Below are positions 34,434 through 49,000 of a stretch of DNA of 64,000 nucleotides, piece by piece. A model generated the notes under the pieces. The model saw only the letters and a program-made list of their open reading frames with translations, had not been told where the DNA came from and did no database searches. Origin of the DNA: Spizellomyces punctatus DAOM BR117 (taxonomy: Eukaryota); the NCBI GenBank assembly GCA_000182565.2, contig KQ257450.1; one strand, written 5' to 3'. The translations under genes and the position numbers were made by a program. The first letter of the stretch is position 1. Each line of letters begins with the position of its first letter.

Positions 34434-37400
34434 ATGGACTCTAGAGCCCAAATAAAAGATTTCTCCTATTGTCTCACATCGGATCTCGACCTTCTTGTCC
34501 GCATTAAAATGTAACTTGCATAGCCAGCCGTGTCAATGTACCTTGAGGATATTCACCGTTTATTTTCTTGCAAGTTCGTCCTTGGAGGGATGTCCCCCTC
34601 AAAGAGACTTTGCTGAAGTATTGAACGACCCGCATCTACGATGCAGAGCTACTTCCCGCTCGAGGTTGGCGTCATACAATCGTTGACTCGGTACCAACAA
34701 CTCCATTTAACCCAACTTTTGACATCTGTAAAGTGAGCTCCCAGATCTCTACGTGACTTGTCAACTGTTCTCCGATAATAAGTCTATAACCCTGCCCATT
34801 CGTACTGCATATCACTCGTTTCACACACACTGGACGTGAGTAACGGTCCACATTTGTATTAATCTGCAATCCTGGCCGATCACGCTTGTTCTTTAATATT
34901 CCAATCATTTCAAAGAGATAATGGTGCTCTCTTTTACCAGATGGAACGAATGGATAGTAATACCATTGAAATATCGAGATTTACCTTTGGGCGCGCAGTT
35001 GGCACTGACCGTATGGGAAGCATACGCCCCGAGAAAGGCTGTCCCATTGGGGGGCACGACATTTCGTCTATTTGGAAAAAACAAGTATGATTCCTTTCCT
35101 TTAGACATAAACTGACTTAGGCTGTCCATCGGCTTATGAGATTCCTTGAATGCGTCAAAGTACTGTTAAACAAGGCAAACATAAATTATTTATATGGCCG
35201 TGGAAGGAGGCTGACGGTCAAGTTATGACCTCGACTCCAAGTAAAGTTGATACCGCCAGTGATATGGATCGCTTGGAGAAGGTGCTCACATGGATGTCAC
35301 ATACTGTGTTGCGAGTATCGAGATTAAATGCTCTTTCCTACGTGCTCATAGTTGATGCGCCGTTATGAACGTGGCGACATGACCAGAGTCGACTGGTTAG
35401 ATCGATTGGCGTTCCGAGAAATCGAAAGAATAAACAAAGTACGACCTTGACACGGACAGATTTCATGATTTCAACATATTAATGCCTACCCTAGATGGAA
35501 GGGACGCACACGAAGCATCTATTTCTCTACGTTGACTTGCCACAATTCGATTTTCCACTCGTATTCAACGAGAAGGTTGTGTTATGAAATCCTGGCCATG
35601 GAAAGTGTCTGTGCGTTGCTAACATGGTATGGACAGGAATATCGACTTGCAGCACCGCCACCACCTCCAGTTGAGTCCAATCTACAAATAGTGGCAGACC
35701 CAGAGGCCGCTAGGGACAATCCTGTAGAGAACAAGCATCGTAAACTAGCCCGAAGCCATCGAAATGGGCCCTTGGACAGAGATCTCAAACCCAATGCCAA
35801 AATCCGAGATGAATTAAACGTAAACCGTGATACCGCTATTTTTTTCATACATTCGACTAATCTAATGCGGTCTCTGTTGCAGAAAATACTGCGATATCCA
35901 CCAACACAGAACTTGACGAGCGAAGAAAAAGATCTACTGTGGAAATTCAGATTTTATCTTACCCGGGACAAAAAGGTGATGCCGTCTGGTGTCCCCTCAT
36001 ATTGCTTAATGCATTTGCTTACCAAAGAAGATAAATAACTCTAGGCGTTAACCAAGTTCCTCAAATGTGTCGTATGGACGGATAACGTCGAAGTGAAGCA
36101 AGCTGTCGATCTACTACATGTGTGGGTTGACATTGACGTCGAGGATGCGCTGGAGCTACTGGGACCCACCTTTGAGAATCTGAGCGTCCGCGGATACGCA
36201 GTGATGCAGCTCCAGAAAGCAGACGATGAGGTCCTCGGCGGATTTGGATGTTACTGACTTGTTGAAATACTCACAGGCATTATCTTAGGACCTGCAACTT
36301 TTTCTATTGCAGCTTGTGCAGGCTCTTAAGTTCGAAGGCATTGGAGATAAAAATGTGCTGCAAAACTCTCCTTTAGCGGACTTCCTGATCGACAGAGCAA
36401 TCAAGAATCCGATCCTAGGAAATTATTTTCATTGGTATGACGGATGTCATTCAAGAGGAGAAAATTGACCATGTATTAACAGCGACTCAAGGTACTTAAT
36501 GGTAGAGTGCGAGGACAAACAATGGGGAAAGATGTTTGCCAAGGTGGCTTTTCAATTCATGAAGATCATGGTCGAGGTACTCGTTGGGCCCCTTTTTGAT
36601 ATTATATTTGCGTCTAATCCGCACTTTCAAGGTTCCCGAAGGAGTACATCGACGAGACATCTTAAAACGGCAGGCAGAGCTAGTAAAAACATTATCTGAG
36701 CTTTCCAAGGCAGCTCGATCAAAAGACCCGCGACCAAAGAAGGTATCATTGCTTAAGAAATATTCAAGTTAAACTGTGCGGATTCTAAGAATCTAGGGAA
36801 GGTTGAATTGCTCCGCCACTTTGTAGCGGATCCAAAGAAGGGTTTATTGTCGTTTCCGCCTCTCCCACTTCCATTGGATGCACAGGTCCAGGTTACTGGA
36901 CTGATTCCTGGTAATATCCCGTATTGTCACTTTTTTGAAAAATGTGGAATCGACCGTTTTTCCCGTGATAGAGAAAGCGAATATTTTCAAAAGCGCATTG
37001 TTCCCCTTAAAGCTAGCATTTTCATGCTTGGATGGGTCGGAGTACACGGTAAGTCTGTTACGTGAAATGAATCGACCATAATTGTACGCTAAATGCGGCC
37101 ATCAGATTATCTTCAAAACGGGCGACGATTTGCGGCAGGATCAACTGGTTGTGCAGATTATCACGTTGATGGACAAGCTCCTTCGTAAAGAGAACCTGGA
37201 CTTGAAGTTGACGCCCTATAGGGTGCTGGCCACAGGATCTGATCATGGTAAATGCAAAATGTAACCAGTATGCGGTCTCCTACCTGTTGCGTTGACACTG
37301 CATCTTGTCCCTCAGGCATGGTCCAGTTCATTCCTTCCTATCCTTTAGCCACAATATTGGCTGAACATAGCAGTCTCCTGGCGTATCTCAGAGAGCACAA

Positions 37401-38124
37401 TAGCGCAGACGGTACCAAACCAACCAGTATTCCGGCTGTTGTGATGGATACGTATATTCGCAGCACATGTGAGTAATGTTTTACCTAATTCTGCATGCCC
37501 ATCATTGATATTTCTATTTGCTTGGATAGCTGGCTACTGCGTGATCACGTATTTGCTGGGGATTGGCGATCGGCACTTGGATAACGTACTTCTCACTACT
37601 GCAGGTGAGCATGCGCGGAGTACGTTGCAAACCATACCACTAAAAGCTGAGCGTACGCTACAGGGCACCTCTTCCATATTGATTTCGGGTTCATCCTTGG
37701 ACGCGACCCAAAGCCTTTCCCGCCGCCCATGAAATTGTCCAGAGAAATGGTTGAGGCTATGGGAGGCGCTTCCTCACAGGCATATCAGAAATTCAAGTCC
37801 TACTGTTTCATTGCGTTCAACAGCTTGCGCAAGAACGCAAACTTGATATTGAATCTGTTCTCACTCATGGTCAATGCGAATGTGCCCGATATTGCCATAG
37901 AACCTGATAAAGCAGTGCTTAAGGTAATTGCAAAAGATATCTGCGTTGGTGTACCTTCGCTCAAATTCTCCAACCCATGTTAGGTTCAAGAAAGATTTAG
38001 GTTGGATTTATCGGATGAGGAGGCTATACAATATTTTCAAGGATTGATCAACGAAAGCATCGGGGCGGTTTTCCCGCAAGTGATGGAGAAAATTCATCAG
38101 GTTGCACAACTTCTGCGCAGTTAA
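34434..38124 (+). CDS. VPS34: Class III phosphatidylinositol 3-kinase Vps34, many exons
   Basis: [15 protein letters not shown] (C2), [50 protein letters not shown]. Confidence 0.97.
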
Positions 38125-38242
38125 ATCCAGTGTTTAGACACTAGCTAGTGAAGATTGGTTAGTTCATAGCAAAGTATAATGTGTGGGTATGATATAGAAA
38201 TTAATGTAAACATGTACATTTCAACGTGCCCACACTTTTGCA

Positions 38243-39083
38243 CTATTGGATTGCAAGATAAGCTGCTCCCAAGGCACTTGCCGCCATGATTGCATAACCA
38301 GAATTGTACACGTTCTTCACAGTAAGCATTCGTCCCGTATCCCAAATCTACCAAGTGACATTATAATCAATATCAATTCTGAGATAACCCGCCTCGCCGG
38401 ATGAGGCCAATTCAAAGACATACCAGGTGTCGCACACCAGTCAACGAGTGGTATACCATGGGAAGGGCGAGGGTGAACTTGCCCGCAAAGATCACAGAGG
38501 GAGGCAAAGAGTGGACAAGGTTGACGACTTCAGCAGAGGAGTAGGGAGAAACGGCGTACCAGATACCGCCCAAATAAAACACTGATAGAAGAAGTCTGTG
38601 AGATTCCCAATTTGCGCGTCGACATAAGGAGATCACAACTTACAGGCTCCCAACCCAACGCCAGTGATACGGTGAGTCAAAGACATGTACATCTGCTGCT
38701 GAATTTGGTAGATAGTGAAGTGCGGCGAGCTGGGACGTCCTAGACGCTCAGACTTTGCATAGGCATCCACCTCCAACGTAGGTTTAGCTGCATCTGGGTC
38801 GTTGACGTCAACGGCACGGCGCGGGGCGGGTGTGGTGGTGAACCTAGTATGAACAGGGCCCCTATGAGAAAATGGTTGTTCTGCTTGATTTTACAACAGT
38901 TCACGTACTTTGACCGAGGGATAACTGCAACCGCGGCGCATTGTCGACCGAGGCCCGCCGCCCTGATGAGGTCTTCATAGACGATGCTTAACTAACAAAT
39001 CAATCCGACGTTCACATGGGCTGGTACTCACTCAGCTGAGAGACGGCGACGCGAGAGCTCTGAAGCGAACGAGAGGCAAACAT
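38243..39083 (-). CDS. SDH3: Succinate dehydrogenase cytochrome b560 subunit, multi-exon
   Basis: Presequence, RPSSPHFTIYQ, SLTHRITG, YHSLTGVRHL|IWDTG. Confidence 0.9.
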
Positions 39084-39327
39084 GGTCGGCGGTGTTCGTC
39101 AGGATATCAAGGAGAACGAGGACAGCGAAATCGAACGGACGCTGCAGCCAATGCGATGCGAAGACTGACCGGGTTGCCACGACAACCCATCTGTTGGCAC
39201 AGTCATCACAATACAGGTCACTGTGCCACAAGACATCTCATTGCAAAGGACGACTAGATGTCGGGCTTTGATGCGTTGAAGGGAGCAAATCGTCTATCAA
39301 TAATAAATACAAGTTGCAACCCCTAAA

Positions 39328-40096
39328 CTAACGCTGGCCTTGCATTTTCTTTGCCCGTCTCTCTTGCTCCCTATCTCTAACAACCATCTCATCGATTTTG
39401 GTGAATCCAAGTGGTGCCGCCGAAGGTTTATCCCGCAACCAGTAAATGTTGTCACCTTCCGTGACGCCCGTCACCCTTTTCAGCACCTTTATTCTCTTCA
39501 CGCTCGGCGAGAAAATAGGCAACACCAATTCTACGCCTGTCCCCAGCACATAATTTCGGACCACAATGTTCGTCATAACTCCTTTCCGTCTGACAGCAAT
39601 CAAAACCCCAGCAAACACCTGTGTGCGTGGGCGTGACCGTGAGGAGACTTGCTCAATCAAAAGAACTGAACCGGGCTCTACTGCCGTAGGAGATCCTTTT
39701 CGAAATAATTCGGCTCTGTTGTCCGGGTCTAAACGAGATCGGAGTTCAACGTCAATGGAACGAACGAGCCGACGCCCCTTGTAGTGTCCGCGTGGGTCGT
39801 AAGAAATTTGGAGATCGGATGGAGATTTTCCCTTCAAGTCGGGAAGAGGACCTGATGGCGCGCGAGGATAAAATGGGGGCAACGCGGCTTCAGGTTCTTC
39901 TTCTTGAGCTAGATATAAACGGTTAACATGAACCAACAACGGAGCGCGGTCCAACAAAGTCTTCCCGCCTACCTACTGCTCGCGGTGCCGCATACCGCCG
40001 AATTCCTACAGCAGCGTTCACATTGCATGCGCATCGAGAGCTCGACAGTCTCGAAACGGCGGCCGTCAATAAAGTGATGCTTTTGTTTGCGTTCAT
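39328..40096 (-). CDS. MRPL19: Mitochondrial ribosomal protein bL19m (Img1/MRPL19), one intron
   Basis: VEPGSVLLIE, FAGVLIAVRRKG, VRNYVLGTGVELVLPIFSP, IYWLRD; presequence-like N-terminus. Confidence 0.85.
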
Positions 40097-40295
40097 GATT
40101 TGTTGCTTCCTTGCAGAGGAAATTCGGCCATCGGATGAGTTTCGTCCAGCAGTCACATGACATTTTTGTTGCTACGTGAGGTTTGGTTGCTACGGTCAAG
40201 TCGTTGCCGGACGGATCCGCGCTTCGTTCGACTTGGTGGTGAACCGAGGTCTTCTCCACGTCAGAGCGACCTGTAACCCTATCACAAGCGTCGAC

Positions 40296-41035
40296 ATGTA
40301 TTCGGTGCGCTCTTTACGACCATTGGATAGATGCGCGAGCCGCTGTTGCCTGCTTATACCCGTAAGTAATTGCGCTGTGGTCCGACCAGTTAAGAAAGCG
40401 TGTTCTCACTATCAGCAAATTGCAGCTTGAACGAAGAGCTATCCAAATCTCTTCAAGCGCACAGGCCAATCGACCAAAATCCTCACCAACCCCTCACCCC
40501 TCGTCTTCGCTACTTGTCTCCTCTCCGCACCCTGTATCGCACATTCGCCTGCTCCGCTTTAAAGAAGAAATTGACAGCCTGCCAGATGTAGAACGCTCTT
40601 GGCAGCGACACCGTGAACATGTTCAACAATGGCACCATGAGTTCTGGGAGAGCAACAATAAACACTTCCAGGATGCAAAGCTGAGCTTTGAACTTGAAAG
40701 TATGTATGCTTTGCAGTCGCTGAGTTTCAAATGCGTGTATTAATATGAGCCTTCCAGTACGCAAGACGCATGATCGATTGCCGACATCCACTGAACTTTC
40801 GTCCTTCTACAAAGAGTACTTAAACGCCTCTTACGAACGTCACGCGAGATATAACAGCGATTGGTGGAAAGAGAACACACAAATGCTTATTCCTGCGTTC
40901 CGCGCGGAGATGAGCGCGTTGATGAGATCGGCAGGCACTACGATGATGGCTCTTGACGCATGGTGGCAAAGGATGGGGCATGCGATTGTGAGGGTGGGGG
41001 GTGGTTATAGAGCACAGGGCGTCACTATGCGGTGA
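40296..41035 (+). CDS. COA8: Cytochrome c oxidase assembly factor 8 (APOPT1) homologue, multi-exon
   Basis: PHPVSHIR, WHHEFWESNNKHF, ELSSFYKEYLN..HARYNSDWWKEN. Confidence 0.82.
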
Positions 41036-41369
41036 CAAGGGATCGATGTAGCTGTTTTCATTCTATAGTATCATTATTTTTCTCGTGGCATCGCACACCC
41101 TCTGATATTACGTTTTAATTGAGCACATTCGGTAGATATCTGTCTACCAGCGGACCATCCGTGCCGTATCTATGAAACATTGGTTTTTCAACGGAAAATA
41201 TAGTAGATGTTTGGATATAGCCGACAGCGGCTGACCTAGTGAACTGTCAGTGTATGGTTGGCGACGGGGCACCAATGACGTATGTATTATGTGTGTATGC
41301 CGCATGCACATGAATGTGTTCAAATAAATAAGACCACGTAAAACACGGTCGAAGTCAAGCAGCGACTCC

Positions 41370-44127
41370 TCAAGTAGTCCGCAGCTTCTTGATAGCGCTG
41401 TCGTCAGCAGTTTGTTCATTCGGTTGCTGATCGGTTCCGAATTGATCTATATCACGGGAGCGCTTCTTATTCCCGCCTAGTAAGCAAGCAAAATGATTTT
41501 GAGACTTCCAGATGGCCGGCTTCCTGTAGCCAAATGCGCTTACCTACCATTAACTTCTTGTGTTTTCTTGCTGCCTGCACGCTCCTATGGCACCCATGAG
41601 AAAATTTTCATTTCAAGGGAATAAAATGCTCTTACCATTGGGCCCCAGTATGCAGTCGGGTTTTCCTGATATCGAACAAGTTTCATTTTTCTGGAGCATG
41701 GGTTTGCTTGTGGATGATGCTCCCAAGACACTTCATTCCTATAAATCTGTCAGATGGCTGTTGAGGCTCTGCATGTCGGTACGCACGCCACCTACTTTAA
41801 CGGCTTTGCCAGGATATTGGAACCAGGAGTGTCAGCAGGTCGCTCCTTGACTGGCTGTTCTTGCACGTGTTTTCTTATCACATCCCATACCGCCCATCCT
41901 GGGGCATTCGTTTTGACGCAATTCTGAGCAGCGTGAGTTAACGACACTTTGTAACCCATGTTTAGCAGAGCCGATCTACATGGAGAAGACGGCTAAGCGA
42001 ATGTCCGTTAAAGGTAAGTCATAGTCCCTTACGTGAATTTCAATAGAGGAAGAGGCATGGACTTCGTAGTAGCGACCAAAGAGGCTATATCGTAGAAAAA
42101 TGGTATTGGCAGCTCCTGAAGCGAGATTGGTATACAAGATTCATCCAATCGAAGGAAAGCCTTTAACGGTGAATTACCTCTGAAGCGACCGTGAGCATTC
42201 CAATCATTCTCGACTTTGTTTTATACTTTTCTTGTGGCGCATCTGTCACATGCCTTAACATTCGTTTGATGAATTCTTGGTTGTGGATCGGCGCGCTGTA
42301 GAAAGGTCCACCGATCTAAAGAAAAACTATCATTAAGCGTACACGGCTGACTTCGTTACGCCCAGCGTCAAAACCTTACGTGAAATCGCCGCCCGCAGTG
42401 CTCACATGTAAATCCAACATTGGGCCCACAGGCAGCACCCACTTTCTTCCCATCACCATTTTGAGGCGACTTGCCTATAGGCTGTAGCACAAAGGATCTA
42501 CAGCCTGAGCAATGGTAAACCATCGAAGTTTTGCTGGACACGAGGAATGGTTCATATAAGAGGTTGTTACTGACCCCTCTTTATATCGCATCGACTTACC
42601 CTGCAGCTTTCTTTACAAGGGCCGGCGATGTGTATACGCGAACGAAAATGCGAACGTAGAAGTCAATGCTCAAGCTAAGGAGAGGTTCTATGCAGCGCTT
42701 ATAGCGAGCTGCTGATGTTTGCACAGTATGTAAGAGCAATCGCAGAGCCTGCACACAGAAATGGTTAAACATGACATACGACCTTAGTCTGGTGAGCTGC
42801 CAAACAGTAGACTGACCAATTCATGACAATACGGTGAATTTGGCAACGGCATTCCTCCGTATTTGGCCCAACAGGCGTCGGGTTGATTCCCAGCCAGAAC
42901 TGCCAGATCCGTACAAGTAATGCACAGCAAACCTGTTTTCAAAATGTCACAATGAGAAAATACGGGAGCCAAATGGGAAGCCTAACACTGACAGATAGAT
43001 ACCTCCTTCAGAGACCGCTTGTACAGCAGCGTCGAGAAAAGGGGCAGCGGAACCATATGGATCCAAATCGATGACATCGTACGGCTTTTTTATGGCTTGG
43101 TACATGGAAATGCTAGTCACTACAATTAGGTCGAGTTTCCAAATGTAAATATTTGGCAAGCAAATTTAGGCTTACTTTGCATCACCCTCGTTGGCCACCA
43201 CGATGTCCTCCACGTTGTTGTGTTTGACATTCTGTCTAATAGCCTCAACAGCATCTGGTAAGATATCGTTGGCCACTATGGTTTCCACATGGGCGAGGTC
43301 TTTTGCATATCGGATGGACCGCAAACCCGTCGCGGACAGGGCCTCAAGGACTGTGAAGCGCTGGTCCTTATATTGCGGTTGACTTAAATCTATATCATCC
43401 AAATCTTCCATTTTGATATCTTCGTGTTCCTCAATGTAACCATTAAAAACGGCAGGTATAGCACTCTTCTGGGGGCTTGTTGGTTCATTTCTCTCGTTCT
43501 TGTCACCGTCTTCTCTCCCTGATGGTGCTGCTCCGGTTATAAAGAGGATGAATAAAGAGCCGATGTCCACAGACCTATCATACCTTACCTGACGGTTGCT
43601 TGACCTTTCTTCGTCGCCCTGCGGTCTCTACTCGTTCTTTAAAGAACATTTTGCTCCAAGTGCTGATTGCGGCTATGGACTAATGAGAGTCGACATAAAT
43701 AACCAGTGAACGCCGAGTGAACCAAACAGTGTACTGACAGTATCGCGGTTGTATTCCTGTCGAAATAGAATGTATGAAAACAAACTTTAGTTAAAGACCT
43801 TTCGTGATCACAGTTCTAAACCAACCTGGACAGGGTTGTAAAACACAGAGTTATCTGAAGGGAATTTTATGGTCGCTTTCCCTATTTGCGTATTGCAGTG
43901 AGGACTCAAAATAAAAGAAGTACGAAACTGGCAATAATAATACCTTCTGCAACGAAAACCGTCCCATCCTCTCCCTTGGTTTTCCAGGTAGGCTCTTGCG
44001 GGTTTTTCGGCTTTTTGGACTTTTTGGACTTCACGGAGTCCTGTAAACCTTCCTCACCTTCGGCCGCTTTGTAAGCTGAAGTATCCACTTGTTCTTCTGC
44101 TGTTGAAGTCGGTTGCATGGTGGTCAT
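41370..44127 (-). CDS. TRM1: tRNA (guanine-26 N2,N2)-dimethyltransferase Trm1, many exons
   Basis: [60 protein letters not shown]. Confidence 0.95.
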
Positions 44128-44284
44128 GGTTTCTTCTATGAATTCGACCAGCGTTTGCTCTGAGATTTGATGGTGCTGCGCATGGTTGCCATGGGAACAA
44201 GCTCAAAGCTGCTCGTCCATGAGAATGCCAGGATTTTTGCTGGCGAGCCTGCTAACTCACGATAACTCCGGGTAGAAAAGTAGA

Positions 44285-44857
44285 ATGTCAACGACACTTG
44301 ACCAGAAGGCTGAGCTTTGGGCTCTTTTTACGGACGCCGTTCAGTGTGTATTTGAACGATGGACTGCATTGCAATTGGCACTTGATCACCAAATGGCTGG
44401 GATATCAACCGCCGAGCGACCTCAGGAACTCCTTGAACATACGTGCGCATTCTTTCAGCAATATCGGACTGACGTCATGCCGCATGAGATAGCAGAGAAT
44501 TTGAAGGATTTCTTTGATGAAGTTTTCAACGCCGAGTTGGACGACGGTAGCCCAGAACAAATTGGCAAGACGTTAGTTCGCCTGTATCGTGACGTCGTAG
44601 TAGAAGGAAAGACGGAGGAAGTTTTGGAGATGAAGGCGAAGGCGCAAAGCAGCGGTCGTGCTGCTGGGGAATCGGTGAAGGCAGGTGACGGAGACGACAG
44701 CAGCGATGACGAGGTTGATGGTTCGACAGGTAGCGACGCCATGGAGGTGGATAGTGGACCTACACAGTCCGAGACGTCAAATCGACGACCAGATCCTGTC
44801 GTCGATGAAGATGGATTTGAACTAGTTCAGTCAAAAAAGGGGAGACGAAGAAATTGA
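44285..44857 (+). CDS. TSR2: Pre-rRNA-processing protein Tsr2 (intronless)
   Basis: WTALQLA, FNAELDDGSPEQIG, C-terminal VDEDGFELVQSKKGRR. Confidence 0.9.
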   Translation: MSTTLDQKAELWALFTDAVQCVFERWTALQLALDHQMAGISTAERPQELLEHTCAFFQQYRTDVMPHEIAENLKDFFDEVFNAELDDGSPEQIGKTLVRLYRDVVVEGKTEEVLEMKAKAQSSGRAAGESVKAGDGDDSSDDEVDGSTGSDAMEVDSGPTQSETSNRRPDPVVDEDGFELVQSKKGRRRN

Positions 44858-45174
44858 GAGGCGGACGCTAAAGACCGAAGTTATTTGCCATTTGAGCACA
44901 GCATTCATCGCATGATTTTGTACATAAACTGTTAGAAGCGTCGCAATACATTACACTTTTGGTAATTTTGCAGGCGAAGGAAATGGATGTGGTTAGCCCT
45001 AACTATTGGCGATCTGACAGTCGAAGAATTTTGGCCCCAGTGATTAACTGCTGCTTCAGTGTATCCATTCCTTGGAGGACGGACGCATTAAGCTTGTAAC
45101 AAGCAGACATTATAATTAATACCCTTACTATATACAAAAGATACAAAAGAAACCTTCAAAACTCCACATGGACT

Positions 45175-45666
45175 TTATGAATCCACCATGTGCAAGGTGA
45201 GCTTTATGCAAGGCAAATGCCTTGTTACAAGTAACCTGTAGCGAGTGTAATGTAATATATTAGGGCCGTTTAATCAAACAACAGCAAAGAGACTGCGTAC
45301 CTATCCAAATCTTCCTCAATAGGATCCCACACATCTGTGGCTTCCACACTACAAATATCGGTATCCTGCTTCACCTTTCCATCTAAGCGCCGCTTGGCAA
45401 TTTCGGCGACCGTCACTGCCTTATTGATGGTCTTCCCCTTCCCAATAATAACGACATGCTTCCCTTCCTGTAGGCGCACAATACAGAGTTATACGGAGGT
45501 TCTCGTCTCAAATCATATAATGCAACAGGCAGGAGACCTTTAAAAGGCCCAATATCTGAGCAACATAGGTGCGGATTTTGCCATGGGACGATATCCTAAT
45601 TTCATTCTCTGCTGCTGTATCGCCTTCCGCTTCCTCCCCGACAGCAGTGCGCCTATACTTTTCCAT
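45175..45666 (-). CDS. Alba-domain RNA-binding protein (Rpp25-like), 2 introns
   Basis: NEIRISSHGKIRTYV, GKGKTINKAVTVAEIAKRR, DVWDP..RHLPCIKLTL. Confidence 0.8.
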
Positions 45667-46011
45667 GCAACGCAGTCTTTGCTGAAAGGAGATACCCGAG
45701 GGTCAGTACCAAATAGCGAAGTGGAAATAGATAGTATCGATGTAGCAGGTTTGCTATCCTCACCCAGCTGCCCCATGCTACTGCTAGTGTTCGACCTACG
45801 CAAATATCCTCACCGTCACAAACACGAACTTACATTGCCTAACTGGAATTTAACCCGATATCCAAACCACGATGGACAAAGGTCTGTACGTGTAGTTGTT
45901 GCCATGACGATAAGCAAATGAGTATGCACAGCCCCCTAAGGTTTCCCTCACGAGCTTTGACGATCGGTTGACATCCCATCCCGGCTGTCTCTCCGGCGAG
46001 CAACTGGGAGC

Positions 46012-49000
46012 ATGAAGGTATGAGGTAACACTACGTCGCATAACTTTGGCACCTTTTACGATATTAAGTTCTGATTGACAATTTCCCAGGTGTTATGCGT
46101 GGCAGAAAAACCTTCCATTGCAAAGTCTGTTGCACAACTGCTGTCGAACGGGGGGCTTAGAACGGTACCTATACCGCGGGAAGGATATTAGCGGAGCATA
46201 CTGGTCTAAATGAAAACTCCTTCTGGTTTAACGCAGGTTGCCACGCGAAACAAGTACATTAAGAATTATTGCTTCGACCAGCTTCTGAACGGCCAACAAT
46301 GCCAAATAGTCATGACTGCCCTGCTGGGCCACCTGATGGAGTCAGACTTCCCTGCCGAATATCGTAATTGGAAAGCGGTTCCACCTATGGGATTGTTCGA
46401 TGCTACTGTTATCAAGTCTGTGCGAGAGGTGAGCACCTGAGAAGATTTGCTGTCAGCGCGCGAGGAGGTGTTGACTCTCAACAGGATTTGAAAACTATAG
46501 AGGATAACCTCAAAAAAGAGGCGCGATACGCGCAAATGCTCATAATATGGACCGATTGCGATCGCGAAGGAGAGAATATTGGTGCTGAGGCTGCAGAAGT
46601 TTGCAAGAGTGCGAATCCTCGCATACAAGTCAAGCGAGCACGATTTTCGGTCATTCAGCGTCGGTGGGTTTTCTCCTGCACGACTTTGTGACGCTGCGGT
46701 GAATAATGTGGCTTTCCATCATTCTAGTGAACTGCAGCAGGCATGGAACAGTCTTGGGGAGCTCGACATGCGTCAAGCTGCTGCGGTAGACGCTCGAGCA
46801 GAGTTGGATCTGCGCATTGGAGCAGTGTTCACTCGCTTTCAAACTCTTACCTTGAGAGGAATGTTCCCTGAGCTCGGCGAAAATAAAATTCTGAGTTATG
46901 GTATGATGTTTGTTTGGTTCGCTGGGTACCAATTCTAGGTGTATTCACACCATTTTGCCCAGGATCATGCCAATTCCCGACTTTAGGATTTGTGGTTGAC
47001 CGCTACATGAAGGTCCAACGGTTCGTACCGGAAGATTTCTGGAAGATCGACGTATCCATTGAGAAGGACGGGAGCACGGCCAAGTTCGACTGGGGGCGCA
47101 CCCATCTATTTGATCAACATTTCACGTTAGTCCTATATGAAAAGTGCATGGATAACCCAACAGCGACAGTGGCGAGCGTGAACACAAAGCCCAAATCGAA
47201 ATGGTGCATATATGCAGTTGATTACGGCGAGGTCCTCAATGGTCTGATTGCATCCTTTAGGGCACCTTTACCGCTGACTACGGTGGAGTTTCAGAAAGCC
47301 GGCTCGCGAATACTGCGTATCAGCTCTGATCGCATTATGAGTGTGAGTGTTGAGGAAATTCGAAAGGCACCAAAGCTGTGACGTTAAACTGCCCTAAATT
47401 TAGATAGCCGAGCGGTTATATCAGCAAGGAATAATCAGTTACCCACGAACAGAGACTGATGTGTTTGCAGACAGTTTCCAACTACACCCTCTTATAGAAG
47501 CCCAAGTGAACGATCCAAGATGGGGCCAGTATGCACAAGGGTATGGTGTCGTGGATCATCCGATTAGTCGTTTCAACTTATTTAATGCAATATGAATAGG
47601 CTGCTTGGTGGAAGATTCAGGCGTCCACGAAAGGGAAAGAACGACGATCAAGCTCATCCTCCTATACATCCAGTCAAAGCCGCGCTGGATTTGACTGGTG
47701 ACGATCAGCGGGTTTATGAGTTCATTACGCGCCGCTTTTTGGCATGCTGTTCAGATGCCGCCAAGGGCAATGAAACCGTAGTGGTTGTCCATATTGCTGG
47801 TGAACAGTTCACCGCGAAAGGTACGTGGCGGCGATCATGAAAGGACTAGGTGCTGTCGCTCATTCTATATATTTCTATCTTTAAGGACTCAGTATTCTTG
47901 AACGCAATTATCTGGAAGTATATCCCTACGACAAGTGGGCTGAACACTCAATTCCCAACTTCTACCAAGGAGAACAGATAATGCCCTCGGAGTTGACAAT
48001 GACCAGCGGCAGAACATCTGGGCCGGATCTCTTGACGGAGGCTGATTTAATTGGCCTTATGGAAAAGAGTGGTATAGGTAGGCAGCGATTGACAGCCATC
48101 GAACGCCTACATTGTCTGACTGTACAACATCCAGGCACGGATGCGACAATTCATGAGCATATCAAAAAGATTCTGGACAGGGAGTACGCAAATAAAGAAA
48201 ATCAGTTCTTTTGCCCAACTGTGTTGGGCATGGCCTTGATATCTGCCTACGACGAGATGGACTTGGAGCTTTCATTGTCGAAGCCATATCTCAGGAGTTT
48301 GGTACGATATCGTTAATGAGCACCAACAAAGCTCTGTTCTTATTGGGTGAGAAATAGATGGAGGCCAATATGAAAAGGATCTGTGAAGGAACGCGATCAA
48401 GATATGACGTTGTCCAAGAATCACTGGAAATGTACAGAGGAGCATTTGCCAGAGCGAGCCAACAATCTCGTCGACTGAAAGAGGTACGATTGCATTTACT
48501 GCGAACGCAAGCGAGCATTGTAGCTCACGATGGCCTGCCAGGTTGTTGGGAGATATCTCAGGGGTGGCGACCGGAACCATACAATACCGGTTGGTGTACA
48601 TGAGATCCGCAGGCTCCGCGATGTGTCTATCTGATTGGAATTATACCCTTTAGCAGATCCCTCCGACAAGACCGCCGAGCAGTCCTTCAGATGGCGCTCC
48701 GTACACAGTCCCTCGACCGACTGCTGGATCGCGCCGAACGGCGGGAAGGCAGCCCGATAGTAGCACCACATCTCAAGGTCGTTCGAGAGGCAGGGGTTCT
48801 CGCGGATCGCGTGGATCAACGCGGGCACGCGGGGCCACGCGGCGGCAAGCTGGAACTTCTTCATCTGATACGCGGGTATGTAATCTGCAGTTCACATCCT
48901 CTTTGCCGCCTGCCGACTCATGATTCGGCAGGCCGATTACACCAGAAATCGATCCAGCGATACATCCGATCCGAAGCCCAAGTGCGACTGCAATCTGTAC

